Shown: positions 39,183-49,566 of the stretch, piece by piece
Position numbering within the stretch: position 1 is the first letter of the stretch
Layout: each line of letters starts with the position of its first letter
Notes under the pieces: generated by a model
What the model was told of the DNA's origin: nothing
Seen by the model: the letters and a program-made list of their open reading frames with translations, nothing else
Database searches by the model: none
Source: Terriglobia bacterium
GTDB taxonomy: Bacteria > Acidobacteriota > Terriglobia > 20CM-2-55-15
DNA: 64,000 bases
Reading direction: 5' to 3'
NCBI GenBank assembly: GCA_963664115.2
Contig: CAXWPJ010000002.1
Span: 128,001-192,000, forward strand
Program-made: the position numbers and the translations under genes

Positions 39183-40241
39183 ATGCATGCTGCTGTCCCT
39201 AGATGCGTATCGAGTGCTGCACTGATGCTGGCCTTAGTCCCGAGCGCCACAGTCAATCGGATGGCGGCCCAAGAGGCACAGCCACAACGGCCACTGGTTA
39301 AGATCGTCGCCACCGGCGGCACTATTGCCAACTCGCCCGAGGGTCGCATGGCCGTGGATACGGTGCTGGCGCAGATTCCTGAAATTGCCGAACACGCGCG
39401 AATCGAGGTGGTGGATTATAGCCGCATAGGCTCGTCGGCAATCACAGTACAGAACTGGATCGACGTCGGAGCTATCGTCAACCAGATCTTTGAAACCGAA
39501 CCACAGGTGGCCGGCATCGTCGTCACGCACGGCTCGAATACCTCTGAGGAGACCGCATACTTCCTGTCACTCACCGTGAACCACACCAAGCCTGTTGTGG
39601 TGACCGCCGCCCAGCGCCAACAGAGCACTCTGGGCGAAGAAGGTACCCGCAACCTTTTCGACGCCATCCGCGTCGCCGCCTATCCGGGGGCAGCGGGCAA
39701 GGGCGCGATGCTCGTAGTGAACGAAAAGATTCATCCTGCTCGTGACGTGACCAAGCGGATGACGGTGCGCGTGGAAACTTGGGAGTCGGGCGATGTGGGC
39801 GCACTGGGTGTTGTAGATGTCGATGCGGTCACCTTTTACAATCAGCCGGTCTACAAGCACACCACCGGTTCCGACGTGCGACTTCCTGCCGGCATTACCC
39901 GGGCGGGCGAGTTACCCCGGGTAGATATTATCTACGCCTATGCCGACGCCGACGGTGCGCTGGCCGAGGCAGCCGTTCAGGCCGGAGCGCAGGCGATCGT
40001 GGTCGCTGGCTTTCCGACAGGTGCGGCCACGCCGGCCCAGTATGAGACGCTGGACCGGCTGCGCGATCAGGGCACCATCGTGATCATGTCGAACCGCGGC
40101 GGACTGGGCCGGATCAACACCAACAACCGGTATATCTCGGCCGATAATTTGACCCCGCAGAAGGCACGCATCCTGGCCATGCTGGCGCTGACGCGCGATC
40201 CGTCGGCCGCATTCGTTAAGGAAGTGATGGACTCACACTGA
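39183..40241 (+). CDS. Asparaginase/glutaminase family, exported
   Basis: ATGGTIA, THGSNTSEETAY, RDVTK, NLTPQKARIL; AAGGAGG RBS. Confidence 0.88.
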   Translation: MHAAVPRCVSSAALMLALVPSATVNRMAAQEAQPQRPLVKIVATGGTIANSPEGRMAVDTVLAQIPEIAEHARIEVVDYSRIGSSAITVQNWIDVGAIVNQIFETEPQVAGIVVTHGSNTSEETAYFLSLTVNHTKPVVVTAAQRQQSTLGEEGTRNLFDAIRVAAYPGAAGKGAMLVVNEKIHPARDVTKRMTVRVETWESGDVGALGVVDVDAVTFYNQPVYKHTTGSDVRLPAGITRAGELPRVDIIYAYADADGALAEAAVQAGAQAIVVAGFPTGAATPAQYETLDRLRDQGTIVIMSNRGGLGRINTNNRYISADNLTPQKARILAMLALTRDPSAAFVKEVMDSH

Positions 40242-40337
40242 AAGAAAGGAGTGCCGGTCCCGTGAAGCTGGTTCTGCCCACTATGAGGTTGAAACGCCCT
40301 CCCGTTAGTAGTACGTTCTTTTTTGCAAGGGGGAGGT

Positions 40338-41399
40338 ATGCAGACATTCCCGCTCGAGCCTCGAAGACGCCACATCTTCATTAAAGCAATGGCACCTGCC
40401 CTTCTGGGTCTGGTTGCCATCGTCACCGCGACTGTAGCTTCGGGACACCATGCCGCCCAGGTTACCTACTTCACGGATCAGGTCATTGAGGTCGAAGGTG
40501 AAATTACCGGTCTTCTCTGGAGAAACCCGCATCTGCGTTTCACCATCAATGCAACTGATGCGCAAGGCGGGACGGTGCTATGGAATGTTGAGAGTATCCC
40601 GGTGACCCGACTCGCACGGGTTGGTATATCGGCCGACCTGGTCGGTGTGGGACAGACGGTCAGGGTGGCAGGATTTCCTTCAAGACGTTCTACGAATGCA
40701 GTCTATGCCATCAATATGTTACTTCCCGATGGCCGGGAAGTTCTCCTCGACACCCCCGTCGCGCGCTGGACCGATAACACACTCGGCACAGGCCGCGATG
40801 AGACCCCGGGGACCCCGAGCGCTGATACCTCTTTAGGCATTTTCCGCGTGTGGAGCACCGACGGCGTGCCTCTGCCTCTGAACCGCAACGAAAGCTACCA
40901 ATTAACTGAAGAGGCCCGCATCGCTCAAGCTCGGTGGGACCCCCTATCGCCCGACAACCCATTTTTCACGTGCACGGCCAAGGGCATGCCGATGATCATG
41001 ACGCAACCCAACCCGATGGAGTTCGTGGATCAAGGAGACCAGATTCTCCTTCGACTCGAGGAATACGATACCGTTCGGGTGATCTCCATGCGCAGTGAAG
41101 GGTCGGATGAAGCGATCGAGGCGACGCTTCTCGGCCACTCAGTTGGCCGATGGGAAGGACGCACTCTTGTGGTGATGACCGACCGGATAAACTGGCGTTA
41201 CTTCGGTCAGAACGGACTGCTTCAAAGTGAGGCGATCGAGCTCGTCGAGCGCTTCACCCCGAGCGTGGACGGGGCTCGCCTCGACTACGAGCTGACAATC
41301 ACGGATCCAGCGCTTTTTACCGAGCCAACGGTCCTGACGAAGTCTTGGCAATGGGTGCCCGGAGATCAGGTCTTGCCGTTCGACTGTACGGAAGGTTAG
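40338..41399 (+). CDS. DUF6152 domain fused to partner domain
   Basis: ASG|HH...WRNPH then NPFFTCTAKGMP...GHSVGRWEG.TLVV.T...ITDP..FT.P...FDC. Confidence 0.78.
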   Translation: MQTFPLEPRRRHIFIKAMAPALLGLVAIVTATVASGHHAAQVTYFTDQVIEVEGEITGLLWRNPHLRFTINATDAQGGTVLWNVESIPVTRLARVGISADLVGVGQTVRVAGFPSRRSTNAVYAINMLLPDGREVLLDTPVARWTDNTLGTGRDETPGTPSADTSLGIFRVWSTDGVPLPLNRNESYQLTEEARIAQARWDPLSPDNPFFTCTAKGMPMIMTQPNPMEFVDQGDQILLRLEEYDTVRVISMRSEGSDEAIEATLLGHSVGRWEGRTLVVMTDRINWRYFGQNGLLQSEAIELVERFTPSVDGARLDYELTITDPALFTEPTVLTKSWQWVPGDQVLPFDCTEG

Positions 41400-41510
41400 T
41401 CACCGGCGGCGAGCGCTATCCCAGGTGCGCTCATCGGCCACCGACGCGTTGAGACCAACGCGCTTTTTGCCCATCGCAATCATCGGCGCAAGCCGACGAC
41501 CCCGTTGTCC

Positions 41511-42833
41511 TCAACCGTCATATTGCAGCACGTTCAAGCCGGCATTCCAGTCACTGGCATAAATCACGCCATCCGGCCTGACGTGAACATCGGCAGTCTT
41601 GGGCGCCAGCGTGACGTTCGGACGGGGATCGATCATCCGCTGCGGCAGTGGTGGCACCCAGTAGGCGATTTCCCGGGGCGCGAACGCGTTGCCGATATCG
41701 AACACACGGACGCCCGCGTTGTTGTAGGTTGCGAAAAGGATCTCCTCGCTCTGAAAGCTGCCGGGCCTGTTCTCGTGCAGGTTGTGCGGCCCGAATGTTC
41801 CGAGTGAACAGAAATCACGCTCGTTCGGGGTCGGTAGCGTTGAGATCGGTACCGGATTCCCGGGGTCACGAACATCGACGACGAAGGTATAGAACGTCCC
41901 CTTGGCACACAGTTCAGCGTTTGCTTCGTCGGCCACAACGACGAGATCGCGACCGGGCAATGGCAATGCGGTGTGGGTGCCGCCGGGAAAGGGCGGAGAC
42001 CAGTTGATGTGTGAGAGAAGCTCCGGCTCGGAGGGATTGCTGATGTCGTGGATCGTGAGACCGCCATCGCGCCAGCAGGCATAGCCGCGCTCGCCGGCGG
42101 TGATCATGTGGTGCATGGCGACCCGGCGGCCCTCGACTTCGGCCGCCGGTTCGCCAGCCCCCCGATTCATGCCGGGTAGCCACCAACGCGAGATGATCTC
42201 CGGATTGGTGATGTCGTTCAGATCGACGATGGCGAGAATGTGGTCCGTAAAACCATCGAAATGCGCCGCAACATAGGCATAGCGTCCGCCCGCCCACCAC
42301 AGCCGGTTGATACCGAAGCCCGGCATCTCGAGAAAAGCGATCTCGCGCATCGCATCAGGCTGGGAGATGTCGTGAATGCTCAGGCCTGAGCGAAATTCCC
42401 TGCGGTCGGTGATAGTGTCGACAAGCGCGTTCTCGAAATAGCTGCGCATGTCGTCATACGACTGCATCGCAACGACGTTCGCACCATTGGCGAGCAGCAG
42501 CAGGTCTTCCCCTACCTGCAGATGATGCGTGCGTGTGTAACCGCCGGCCGTAAAGAAGCCGACGGGCCTCAATTGACGCGGATCTTCGGCATTGAGTATC
42601 GTCACGCCGTCACTGAACATATGGCCGACGTATAGGTGGTTGCGGTTGAACATCACCTGGACGCTGTCGGGACGACCGCCAATATCGCAATACGAGAGGT
42701 GGCGCATACCCTGGCCAATGCCTTCGGGCGGAATCACGCTCTGGGTAGGAGCCATAACGTCGTCTGAAACGCACGACGCCGCTCCGGCGCCGAGCAGACC
42801 CACCATCCATTCACGGCGATTCATTTTGCTCAT
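41511..42833 (-). CDS. LVIVD-repeat beta-propeller Tat lipoprotein
   Basis: NRREWM...AASC lipobox; DISNP.EP repeats; THT, ADE, GPHN, YASDWNAGL. Confidence 0.8.
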   Translation of the reverse strand: MSKMNRREWMVGLLGAGAASCVSDDVMAPTQSVIPPEGIGQGMRHLSYCDIGGRPDSVQVMFNRNHLYVGHMFSDGVTILNAEDPRQLRPVGFFTAGGYTRTHHLQVGEDLLLLANGANVVAMQSYDDMRSYFENALVDTITDRREFRSGLSIHDISQPDAMREIAFLEMPGFGINRLWWAGGRYAYVAAHFDGFTDHILAIVDLNDITNPEIISRWWLPGMNRGAGEPAAEVEGRRVAMHHMITAGERGYACWRDGGLTIHDISNPSEPELLSHINWSPPFPGGTHTALPLPGRDLVVVADEANAELCAKGTFYTFVVDVRDPGNPVPISTLPTPNERDFCSLGTFGPHNLHENRPGSFQSEEILFATYNNAGVRVFDIGNAFAPREIAYWVPPLPQRMIDPRPNVTLAPKTADVHVRPDGVIYASDWNAGLNVLQYDG

Positions 42834-43031
42834 AGTTGACTTATAACACCGGCTTCGAGCATTGCCTAGTCAAGACCTGGCGGGGGGGATGGCAAATTCG
42901 ACGGGGCCGGTTTCGTTTGCAAGGGGGGCCGGGTGTATGGGTCTTTTCGGCCTCCGGTTCCCGCGCCAATCAGTACGAAAAGGCCCACCATAGAGGCGCG
43001 TCGGCGTTCGTCCCGGAAACGCTTTTAATCT

Positions 43032-44588
43032 TTATTGACGCTTTAGAAAAATCTCGCGAAACTCTCCCAGTTCCCTACACCGGAGCAAATAGGACGCGAA
43101 AAAGTAAACAAGGCCTGCCGATCCAATCGTGATTGCCAGAGCGAAAATGCGCTGTCCCAGAGCTTCGCCGAAATAGAAACCGGGCCAATGGATCATCAGC
43201 ACAGCCACCATACCCATGGGAACGGAGGCCACGACGAATCGCGTCAGCGAATCCAAGATCGATGTGATATCGATCGAGCCTTCTCTCCGGTTGAAAATGA
43301 CCATCAGGGCCACGGCATTGAACACTCCCGCGAGTGTGGTTGCCAGTGCGGGTCCCCCGACTTGAAACGGTCGAAAGAATGCAATGTTGAACACGACATT
43401 CAAGAACATGGCTCCAAAGGCAATTTTCACAGGTGTCCGGGTGTCGTGTAGCGCATAGAACGCAGGCACGATCACTTTTACCATTGCAAACGCCGACAGA
43501 CCCAGCGCGAAGAACAGCAGTGGCAAGGTGGTCAACGCAGTGGAAGCTTGGTCGAACTCCCCGTGTTCGAAAAGGACCTGAATAATCGGCGTGCGCAGGA
43601 GAACCAGTCCAACAGTCGATGGCACGGTGACGAAAAGAATGATTCGGGAAGCAAAGTTCAGTGTGGACCGCATCTGGTCGATGTCTCCGGATGCGGCATT
43701 TCTCGACAGCATCGGCAGAACGACCGTTGCGATCGCAATGGCGTACCCTCCCAATACCAACTCCATGACCCGGTCTGAAAGGTACAGCGCCATCTGTGGG
43801 CCGTCGCCAAGAAACGAGGCGAACTGACCGCCGACAACGATATTGATTTGCACGACACCGACGCCTACAACGACCGGCCCCATGAGCTTTGCCGCGCGAC
43901 GGACACCCGGATTGGAAAAATTGAGACCGGGGCGGAATCGCCAGCCATTCCGAATGAGTTGAGGTACTTGAATAACAATCTGCGCGATGCCGCCGATGAC
44001 CACTCCGACCGCCAGAGCACGCTCGGGGCTCTCGAAAAATCCTGTGACAAACGAGCACCCGATGATGCTCATGTTCAGGAGGACGGGGGCAAAGGCGGGA
44101 GCGGCAAACTTGTGGAAGCTGTTGAGAACACCCATGGCCAGCGCGGACAGGCTGACCAGAAAAATGTAGGGGAACATGATCCGGGTCAGAAGCGCCGTGA
44201 GTTCGATTTTGCCGGGAGTATCGACAAACCCGTAGGCAATCGCCCGTACCAACAGCGGTGCGGCGACAATTCCGATGACAGTCACACCCGACATCACAAG
44301 CGTGACAATGGTCAGCATCGAATTCGCGAATTCCCAGGCGTCCTTGCGGTTCTCTCGACTGAGGTAGTTCGAGAAAATCGGGATGAAGGCTGCGCTTACG
44401 GCGCCCTCGCCGACAAGCCGTCGGAGAAGGTTGGGAATCCGGTAGGCAATCGTGTAGGCATCAGCTTCGATTCCTGCGCCCAGAAGGAATGCGACCCGCT
44501 GGTCTCGGAAATAGCCAAAAACACGGCTTACAAGCGTGATAGCGGTGATCAGTGAGGCGGAGCGCAGCAGCTTGCCTTGTTCACTCAT
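43032..44588 (-). CDS. murJ: Lipid II flippase MurJ
   Basis: SRVFGYFRD, RIPNLLRRLVGEGA.SAAFIP, FYALHDTRTPV. Confidence 0.95.
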   Translation of the reverse strand: MSEQGKLLRSASLITAITLVSRVFGYFRDQRVAFLLGAGIEADAYTIAYRIPNLLRRLVGEGAVSAAFIPIFSNYLSRENRKDAWEFANSMLTIVTLVMSGVTVIGIVAAPLLVRAIAYGFVDTPGKIELTALLTRIMFPYIFLVSLSALAMGVLNSFHKFAAPAFAPVLLNMSIIGCSFVTGFFESPERALAVGVVIGGIAQIVIQVPQLIRNGWRFRPGLNFSNPGVRRAAKLMGPVVVGVGVVQINIVVGGQFASFLGDGPQMALYLSDRVMELVLGGYAIAIATVVLPMLSRNAASGDIDQMRSTLNFASRIILFVTVPSTVGLVLLRTPIIQVLFEHGEFDQASTALTTLPLLFFALGLSAFAMVKVIVPAFYALHDTRTPVKIAFGAMFLNVVFNIAFFRPFQVGGPALATTLAGVFNAVALMVIFNRREGSIDITSILDSLTRFVVASVPMGMVAVLMIHWPGFYFGEALGQRIFALAITIGSAGLVYFFASYLLRCRELGEFREIFLKRQ

Positions 44589-44676
44589 CTAGGCTGCTAT
44601 ACTAGCAGTCTGTACATGTAAAAGGAACGGGCACAGTATCTTAGGGCGGTGACGAAATTGAGGAGACAGGGCGCAG

Positions 44677-45684
44677 GTGAAGCTCGATACAATCGCAGAG
44701 AAATTAGGATGCGCTCTTAAGGGCGATCCGAATACGGAAATCACAGGCGTGTCCGGGATTGAAGAAGCCGGGCCCAGCCAACTGACCTTCGTCTCGAACC
44801 GCAAGTACGCCGCCAGCGCCCGAACGGCCCGAGCCGGAGCTATTCTCGTTACGGAAGACTTCCCCGAGCTGTCGACCCCGACGCTCAGGACATCGAACCC
44901 ATATCTGGCGTTTGCGCGATCGATCGAGCTGTTCTACACGCCGCCACAAAGCTCAGCGCATATCGACGCGACTGCCCGGATCGCAGCATCGGCTCAAATT
45001 GGCCCCAACGCCTCGATCGGCCCCTATGTGGTCATCGAAGAAAACGTCACGATCGGGGACAACGCGATCATCGGGTCGTTCACCTTTATTGGCACAGGCA
45101 CACGCATCGGCACAGGTTTTCGGAGCCATACCCACGTCTCCGTTCGCGAGTACTGCGTGATCGGTAGCAACGTGATTCTTCACGATGGGGCCCGAATCGG
45201 ATCCGACGGGTACGGCTACGCGAAGCAGGATGACGGGAGTTACTACAAGATCGTCCAGTCCGGCATTGTCGTCATCGAAGACGATGTGGAAGTCGGAGCG
45301 AATGCCACGATCGATCGAGCCACAGTGGGTGAAACCCGCATCCGCCGCGGCGCCAAGATAGACAATCTTGTCCAGGTCGGCCACGCGTCCATCGTGGGAG
45401 AGAACACCTTGCTCTGCGCGCAGGTCGGACTGGGGGGCAGTTCCAAGATCGGCCGGGACGTCGTCTTGACGGGCCAGGTCGGTGTCGCGGGTCATCTGGA
45501 AGTCGGTGACGGCGTGATCGCCACAGCGCAAACCGGTATCCCCAACTCGGTTGAAGCGGGAACGATGATATCCGGATATCCGGGCATCGAAAACCGCCTC
45601 TGGCTGAAGTGCTCCGCAGTGTTCAAACGGCTCCCGGAACTCCTCAAGCGGATCGAAGCCCTCGAAAAATCCAAATCCCGCTAA
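44677..45684 (+). CDS. lpxD: UDP-3-O-acylglucosamine N-acyltransferase
   Basis: Hexapeptide repeats; IGSDGYGY, DDVEVGANATIDR, KIDNLVQVGH. Confidence 0.95.
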   Translation: MKLDTIAEKLGCALKGDPNTEITGVSGIEEAGPSQLTFVSNRKYAASARTARAGAILVTEDFPELSTPTLRTSNPYLAFARSIELFYTPPQSSAHIDATARIAASAQIGPNASIGPYVVIEENVTIGDNAIIGSFTFIGTGTRIGTGFRSHTHVSVREYCVIGSNVILHDGARIGSDGYGYAKQDDGSYYKIVQSGIVVIEDDVEVGANATIDRATVGETRIRRGAKIDNLVQVGHASIVGENTLLCAQVGLGGSSKIGRDVVLTGQVGVAGHLEVGDGVIATAQTGIPNSVEAGTMISGYPGIENRLWLKCSAVFKRLPELLKRIEALEKSKSR

Positions 45685-45688
45685 CAGC

Positions 45689-45843
45689 AGATTTTTCACC
45701 GCAAAGGCGCAAAGACGCAAAGGGTAAGACCTTGCAGTCTTTCTGTGTCAGGGAATGTACCGTTGTCAACTCTCGCCGAAAACGTTCGGTGAGCAGGAAT
45801 AAATTGTCTTTCTTTGCGCCTTCGCGCCTTTGCGGTGAAATCT
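45689..45843. repeat. Intergenic inverted-repeat element (CACCGCAAAGGCGCAAAG type)
   Basis: TTTCACCGCAAAGGCGCAAAGACGCAAAG ... CTTTGCGCCTTCGCGCCTTTGCGGTGAAA. Confidence 0.8.
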
Positions 45844-45865
45844 TTTCTTAGTCACTGATGCCCGG

Positions 45866-47929
45866 TTAATTGGAGACGACGACTTCGGAGATGTCGGCGA
45901 TTTGAAGAAAGGTATCGAAGAGGCGTTTCAGGAGGCTGATCCGGCGTTCCCGGATTGCGGCGTCGTCGTGCATGACCAGGATTTTTTCGAAGAAGTCGTC
46001 CACTGTCGATCGGAGCTCTGCCAGTGCCTCAAGCGCCTGGGAGTATTCGCCTGCCTGGGCCCAAAGCTCTACCTGGGGCTCGATCGCGGCTATCCGTTCG
46101 GCCAGAACCGACTCTTCCGGCTCCATCGCGGCGGTATCGGCCGCAGCTTCGGAAGATGCGCCCGAATCGTCCGACTGTTTCAATATGTTTTTGATCCGTT
46201 TGAATGCCGCGGCGATGAGAAGAAAATCAGGGCTCTCCCGAATTGCATGCAAGGCCTCGACGCGATCCAGAACGTTCGCTGGATTGTCGGAGTCCGTCGC
46301 CATTACGGCGTTGATTTCGTCATAAGCAAATCCCATGCGGCCCAGGACGTGCCGCATTCTATCCCCGTAGAACGTCTCTAGGGAATCCGCTACATCTCCG
46401 GCCATTCGGCCATCGGCTTCTATTGCTGCCCGGAGTGAAAATCCCAGGCGATGGTCCAGCAGTATCTTGATGACGCCCTGCGTGTGGCGTCGCAAGCCAA
46501 GAGGATCCTCCGAGCCGGTCGGAATCAGCCCGACTGAAAAACAGCCGAACACGGTATCCAATCTGTCGGTCAATGCCAGGACGATTCCGGAACCCGATGC
46601 GGGAGAGCTATCGTCGAGTCCTTGAGGACGATATTGATCGTAGATCGCGCTCGAAATTTCTTCTGAGGCGCCTTCCCGGCGCGCGTAGAGTCCACCCACA
46701 ACGCCCTGAAGACCCGGAAATTCTCCAACAAGATCTGTCGTCAGGTCGGTTTTGGCCCACCGGACGATGCGCTCGAGCACTTCGGCGTCCACACCTGCCC
46801 CAGTGAGTTCATTCACGGATGCAGCGAGAGACACCATCCGATCGACCTTGTCTTTGTATGTTCCCAGTGCCTTGTGAAAGACGATGGCTTCAAGCATCCC
46901 GACTCGCTCTTCCAGGGTCTGCTTGCCATCCACGTCCCAGAAAAACAGAGCATCGCTGAGCCGGGCGCGTAGCACTCGTTCGTGTCCCTTACGGATCAAT
47001 CCCTTCTGATCACCGCGCGTATTTATGACAGCCAGGAAATTGGCGAGGAGAACGCCCTCTGAACTCTCTAGAGCGAAATACTTCTGGTGTTCCCGCATCA
47101 CCGTAATCAGAACTTCCCGGGGCAGAAGGAGAAAACGCTCTTCGAATGTTCCGGCGATTACGGTTGGATATTCATTGATGTACAAAACCTCTTGCAGCAT
47201 TGCATCGTCCGCGATGATCTGTCCGTTCAAGTTCTTCGCAGCGGCCTCAAGTTCGGCCTCCACCTTCTCCTGTCGTTTCGTTTGTGAAACGAGGACGCCG
47301 TTTGCCTCGAGCTTTTCCAGATAGTCCTCGAAACCGGTCACAGGGACGGACTGGCCGCCGATCACGCGATGTCCTGCGGTTTCCGAACCGGATCGGATAC
47401 CGTACAACTCCAGCTCTACGATGGTGGACCCGTGGAGAGCGACCACCCAGCGAATGGGACGCGCGAATCTTTGGTTGGATTGGGCCCAAAACATTGTCTT
47501 GTGAAATGTCAGGGACCGCACAAGATCAGGAATCGCGCCCGCTAAGACCTCTGCTGCCGGCTTGCCTTCGACTTCAGACCGAAAGCCCATGTACTTTCCA
47601 CGTTCGGTCTCGAACACCTCCAAGGCATCTAAGACGACACGGGATTTTTTTGCGAATCCTTTCAGGGCAGGTGAGGGATCGCCGTCCTTAAAAGCGATTT
47701 TCTCAGGCGGCCCAAGCGTCGTCACGGTCTCGGTCGTCTGCATATCGGCCAGGTCGTCCACGTGCACAACCAGCCGACGGGCCGATCCGAGTGTCTCTAC
47801 GTTTCCGAAGTCCAGCTTGGAAGCGTCCAGCAACTCTTCGAATTTCCGTTTCAGTTCCTCGAGCACGGGACCCATCGATCGCGCAGGAATTTCTTCGCAT
47901 CCGACTTCGAGGAGGAATTCCTTACTCAT
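45866..47929 (-). CDS. glyS: Glycine--tRNA ligase beta subunit
   Basis: [36 protein letters not shown]. Confidence 0.95.
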   Translation of the reverse strand: MSKEFLLEVGCEEIPARSMGPVLEELKRKFEELLDASKLDFGNVETLGSARRLVVHVDDLADMQTTETVTTLGPPEKIAFKDGDPSPALKGFAKKSRVVLDALEVFETERGKYMGFRSEVEGKPAAEVLAGAIPDLVRSLTFHKTMFWAQSNQRFARPIRWVVALHGSTIVELELYGIRSGSETAGHRVIGGQSVPVTGFEDYLEKLEANGVLVSQTKRQEKVEAELEAAAKNLNGQIIADDAMLQEVLYINEYPTVIAGTFEERFLLLPREVLITVMREHQKYFALESSEGVLLANFLAVINTRGDQKGLIRKGHERVLRARLSDALFFWDVDGKQTLEERVGMLEAIVFHKALGTYKDKVDRMVSLAASVNELTGAGVDAEVLERIVRWAKTDLTTDLVGEFPGLQGVVGGLYARREGASEEISSAIYDQYRPQGLDDSSPASGSGIVLALTDRLDTVFGCFSVGLIPTGSEDPLGLRRHTQGVIKILLDHRLGFSLRAAIEADGRMAGDVADSLETFYGDRMRHVLGRMGFAYDEINAVMATDSDNPANVLDRVEALHAIRESPDFLLIAAAFKRIKNILKQSDDSGASSEAAADTAAMEPEESVLAERIAAIEPQVELWAQAGEYSQALEALAELRSTVDDFFEKILVMHDDAAIRERRISLLKRLFDTFLQIADISEVVVSN

Positions 47930-48818
47930 CGGAAATCTCCGCCTCACGATTCCCATCCAGCAACGGGAACCCTGCCTTTTCGCGGCTTTCCAGGTAGGAT
48001 AGCGCCACTCGACTGAGCAACTTCCGGACACGCGCGATGATGTGGACGCGTTCGGTTGCACTGACGGCACCCCGCGCATCGAGAATGTTGAATATGTGCG
48101 AGCACTTCAGACAGTTTTCATAAGCCGGAAGAACGAGGTCCGCGGCCATCAATCGCTGTACCTCAGCTTCAAACTCATCGAACAGTCGAAAGTAACGTTC
48201 GATATCGGCTATTTCGAAGTAGTACTTCGAAAACTCAAACTCGTCACGATGCCGCACTTCCCCGTAACTGATGTGGTCGTTCCATGGAACGTCAAAAACG
48301 TTTTCGACATCGTTCAGATACATCGCAATACGTTCGAGGCCGTAGGTAATTTCCCCGGAAATGGGCATTAATTCCAGGCCTCCAATCTGTTGGAAGTACG
48401 TAAACTGCGTGATCTCCTGACCGTCGAGCATGACCTGCCAACCAACGCCGGTAGCGCCCCCCATGGGCCACTCCCAGTTGTCCTCTTCGAACTTTATGTC
48501 GTGTTCGTCCAGGCGAATGCCCATCGCCGTCAACGATTCGAGGTAGACCATCTGAATGTCGGCCGGCGGCGGTTTAAGGATGACCTGGAGCTGATGATGT
48601 TTTTCGAGGCGGTTGGGATTTTCTCCGTAGCGTCCATCGACAGGGCGTCTGGAAGGCTGGATATATGCCACGCGATACGGTTCCGGCCCCAAAGCCCTGA
48701 GAAAAGTCTCCGGGTGCATCGTTCCAGCACCCACCTCCACATCGTAGGGCTGTTGCAAGATGCATCCCTGGCGTCCCCAGAAATCCATCAACGATTGAAT
48801 GAGCTCTTGAAAATTCAT
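47922..48818 (-). CDS. glyQ: Glycine--tRNA ligase alpha subunit
   Basis: [33 protein letters not shown]. Confidence 0.97.
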   Translation of the reverse strand: MNFQELIQSLMDFWGRQGCILQQPYDVEVGAGTMHPETFLRALGPEPYRVAYIQPSRRPVDGRYGENPNRLEKHHQLQVILKPPPADIQMVYLESLTAMGIRLDEHDIKFEEDNWEWPMGGATGVGWQVMLDGQEITQFTYFQQIGGLELMPISGEITYGLERIAMYLNDVENVFDVPWNDHISYGEVRHRDEFEFSKYYFEIADIERYFRLFDEFEAEVQRLMAADLVLPAYENCLKCSHIFNILDARGAVSATERVHIIARVRKLLSRVALSYLESREKAGFPLLDGNREAEISDE

Positions 48819-49522
48819 CTCTCGAAATATTGCTCGATCCAGATCTTATTGAGTTGCCCGAGGTGTTGGAGGCCCGCTCCCCGGGGACGCTGGTCTTCAG
48901 CATTCAATGGCCGTGTCATGATCCAGTTCAGCGCATCGATCGTATCGGGCGGTACCTCGGTGCCCCGACCATGCCCGCAACTGTGACAGGCCATGCGGGT
49001 CAGGCCCGGGAGAAACACTCTCGATTCCTCAGTTCCCAATCGTTTCCCGCACACCGAACATCTAAAGAATTCGGGAAAGACACCTGCCAGCCGTAACATC
49101 CAGACCTCGAAGTAGCACCGCGTCAGCTCCAGGGGGCAATCGGTCACAAGGCTCTGGCGCGCCAGACCAAAGAGGCGAAAGACCGCATCCTGAACTTCAT
49201 GGTCCGGAAGAAAGCGGTCTACGAGGTCCGCCACATGCGACGCCAGTATGGCCCGGTCGTAGTCCTCAAAAAGTTTCATCGGAGAGTCGATCAGCTCACA
49301 CGAACGTATCCGGACCAACTCGACGGTTTCTTTTTGAAAGAACGTCACCTTGGAAAGGGCCAGCGGTTCCAGGGACGCGCCGAAGCGGCTCTTCAGCCGT
49401 CGCACACCGTTGGCCACGCCACGAATCTTTCCGTAGTCGCGACTGAAGAAAACGACGATGCGGTCGGCCTCTGCGAGGGGATACGTCTTTAGTATGATGG
49501 AATCGCTCTCGTGCAAAGGCAT
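48815..49522 (-). CDS. recO: DNA repair protein RecO
   Basis: EADRIV.FFS..GKI.GVA.G..R..SRF; CSVC/CHSC zinc finger; overlaps glyQ start. Confidence 0.9.
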   Translation of the reverse strand: MPLHESDSIILKTYPLAEADRIVVFFSRDYGKIRGVANGVRRLKSRFGASLEPLALSKVTFFQKETVELVRIRSCELIDSPMKLFEDYDRAILASHVADLVDRFLPDHEVQDAVFRLFGLARQSLVTDCPLELTRCYFEVWMLRLAGVFPEFFRCSVCGKRLGTEESRVFLPGLTRMACHSCGHGRGTEVPPDTIDALNWIMTRPLNAEDQRPRGAGLQHLGQLNKIWIEQYFER

Positions 49523-49566
49523 AGCCGTCCAAAGCCCTCGGCTACCGATGAACATTTGATTTAAAC

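Noticed and set aside
37733-42853. Short GACTTATAA(A)CACC match at 37733 and 42838 as island att repeats
   Set aside because: Too short, and not matched at the left island boundary
22455-42900. Integron (tyrosine recombinase plus cassette array)
   Set aside because: The recombinase looks like canonical XerD without the IntI insertion; no attC sites recognised; genes are in mixed orientation
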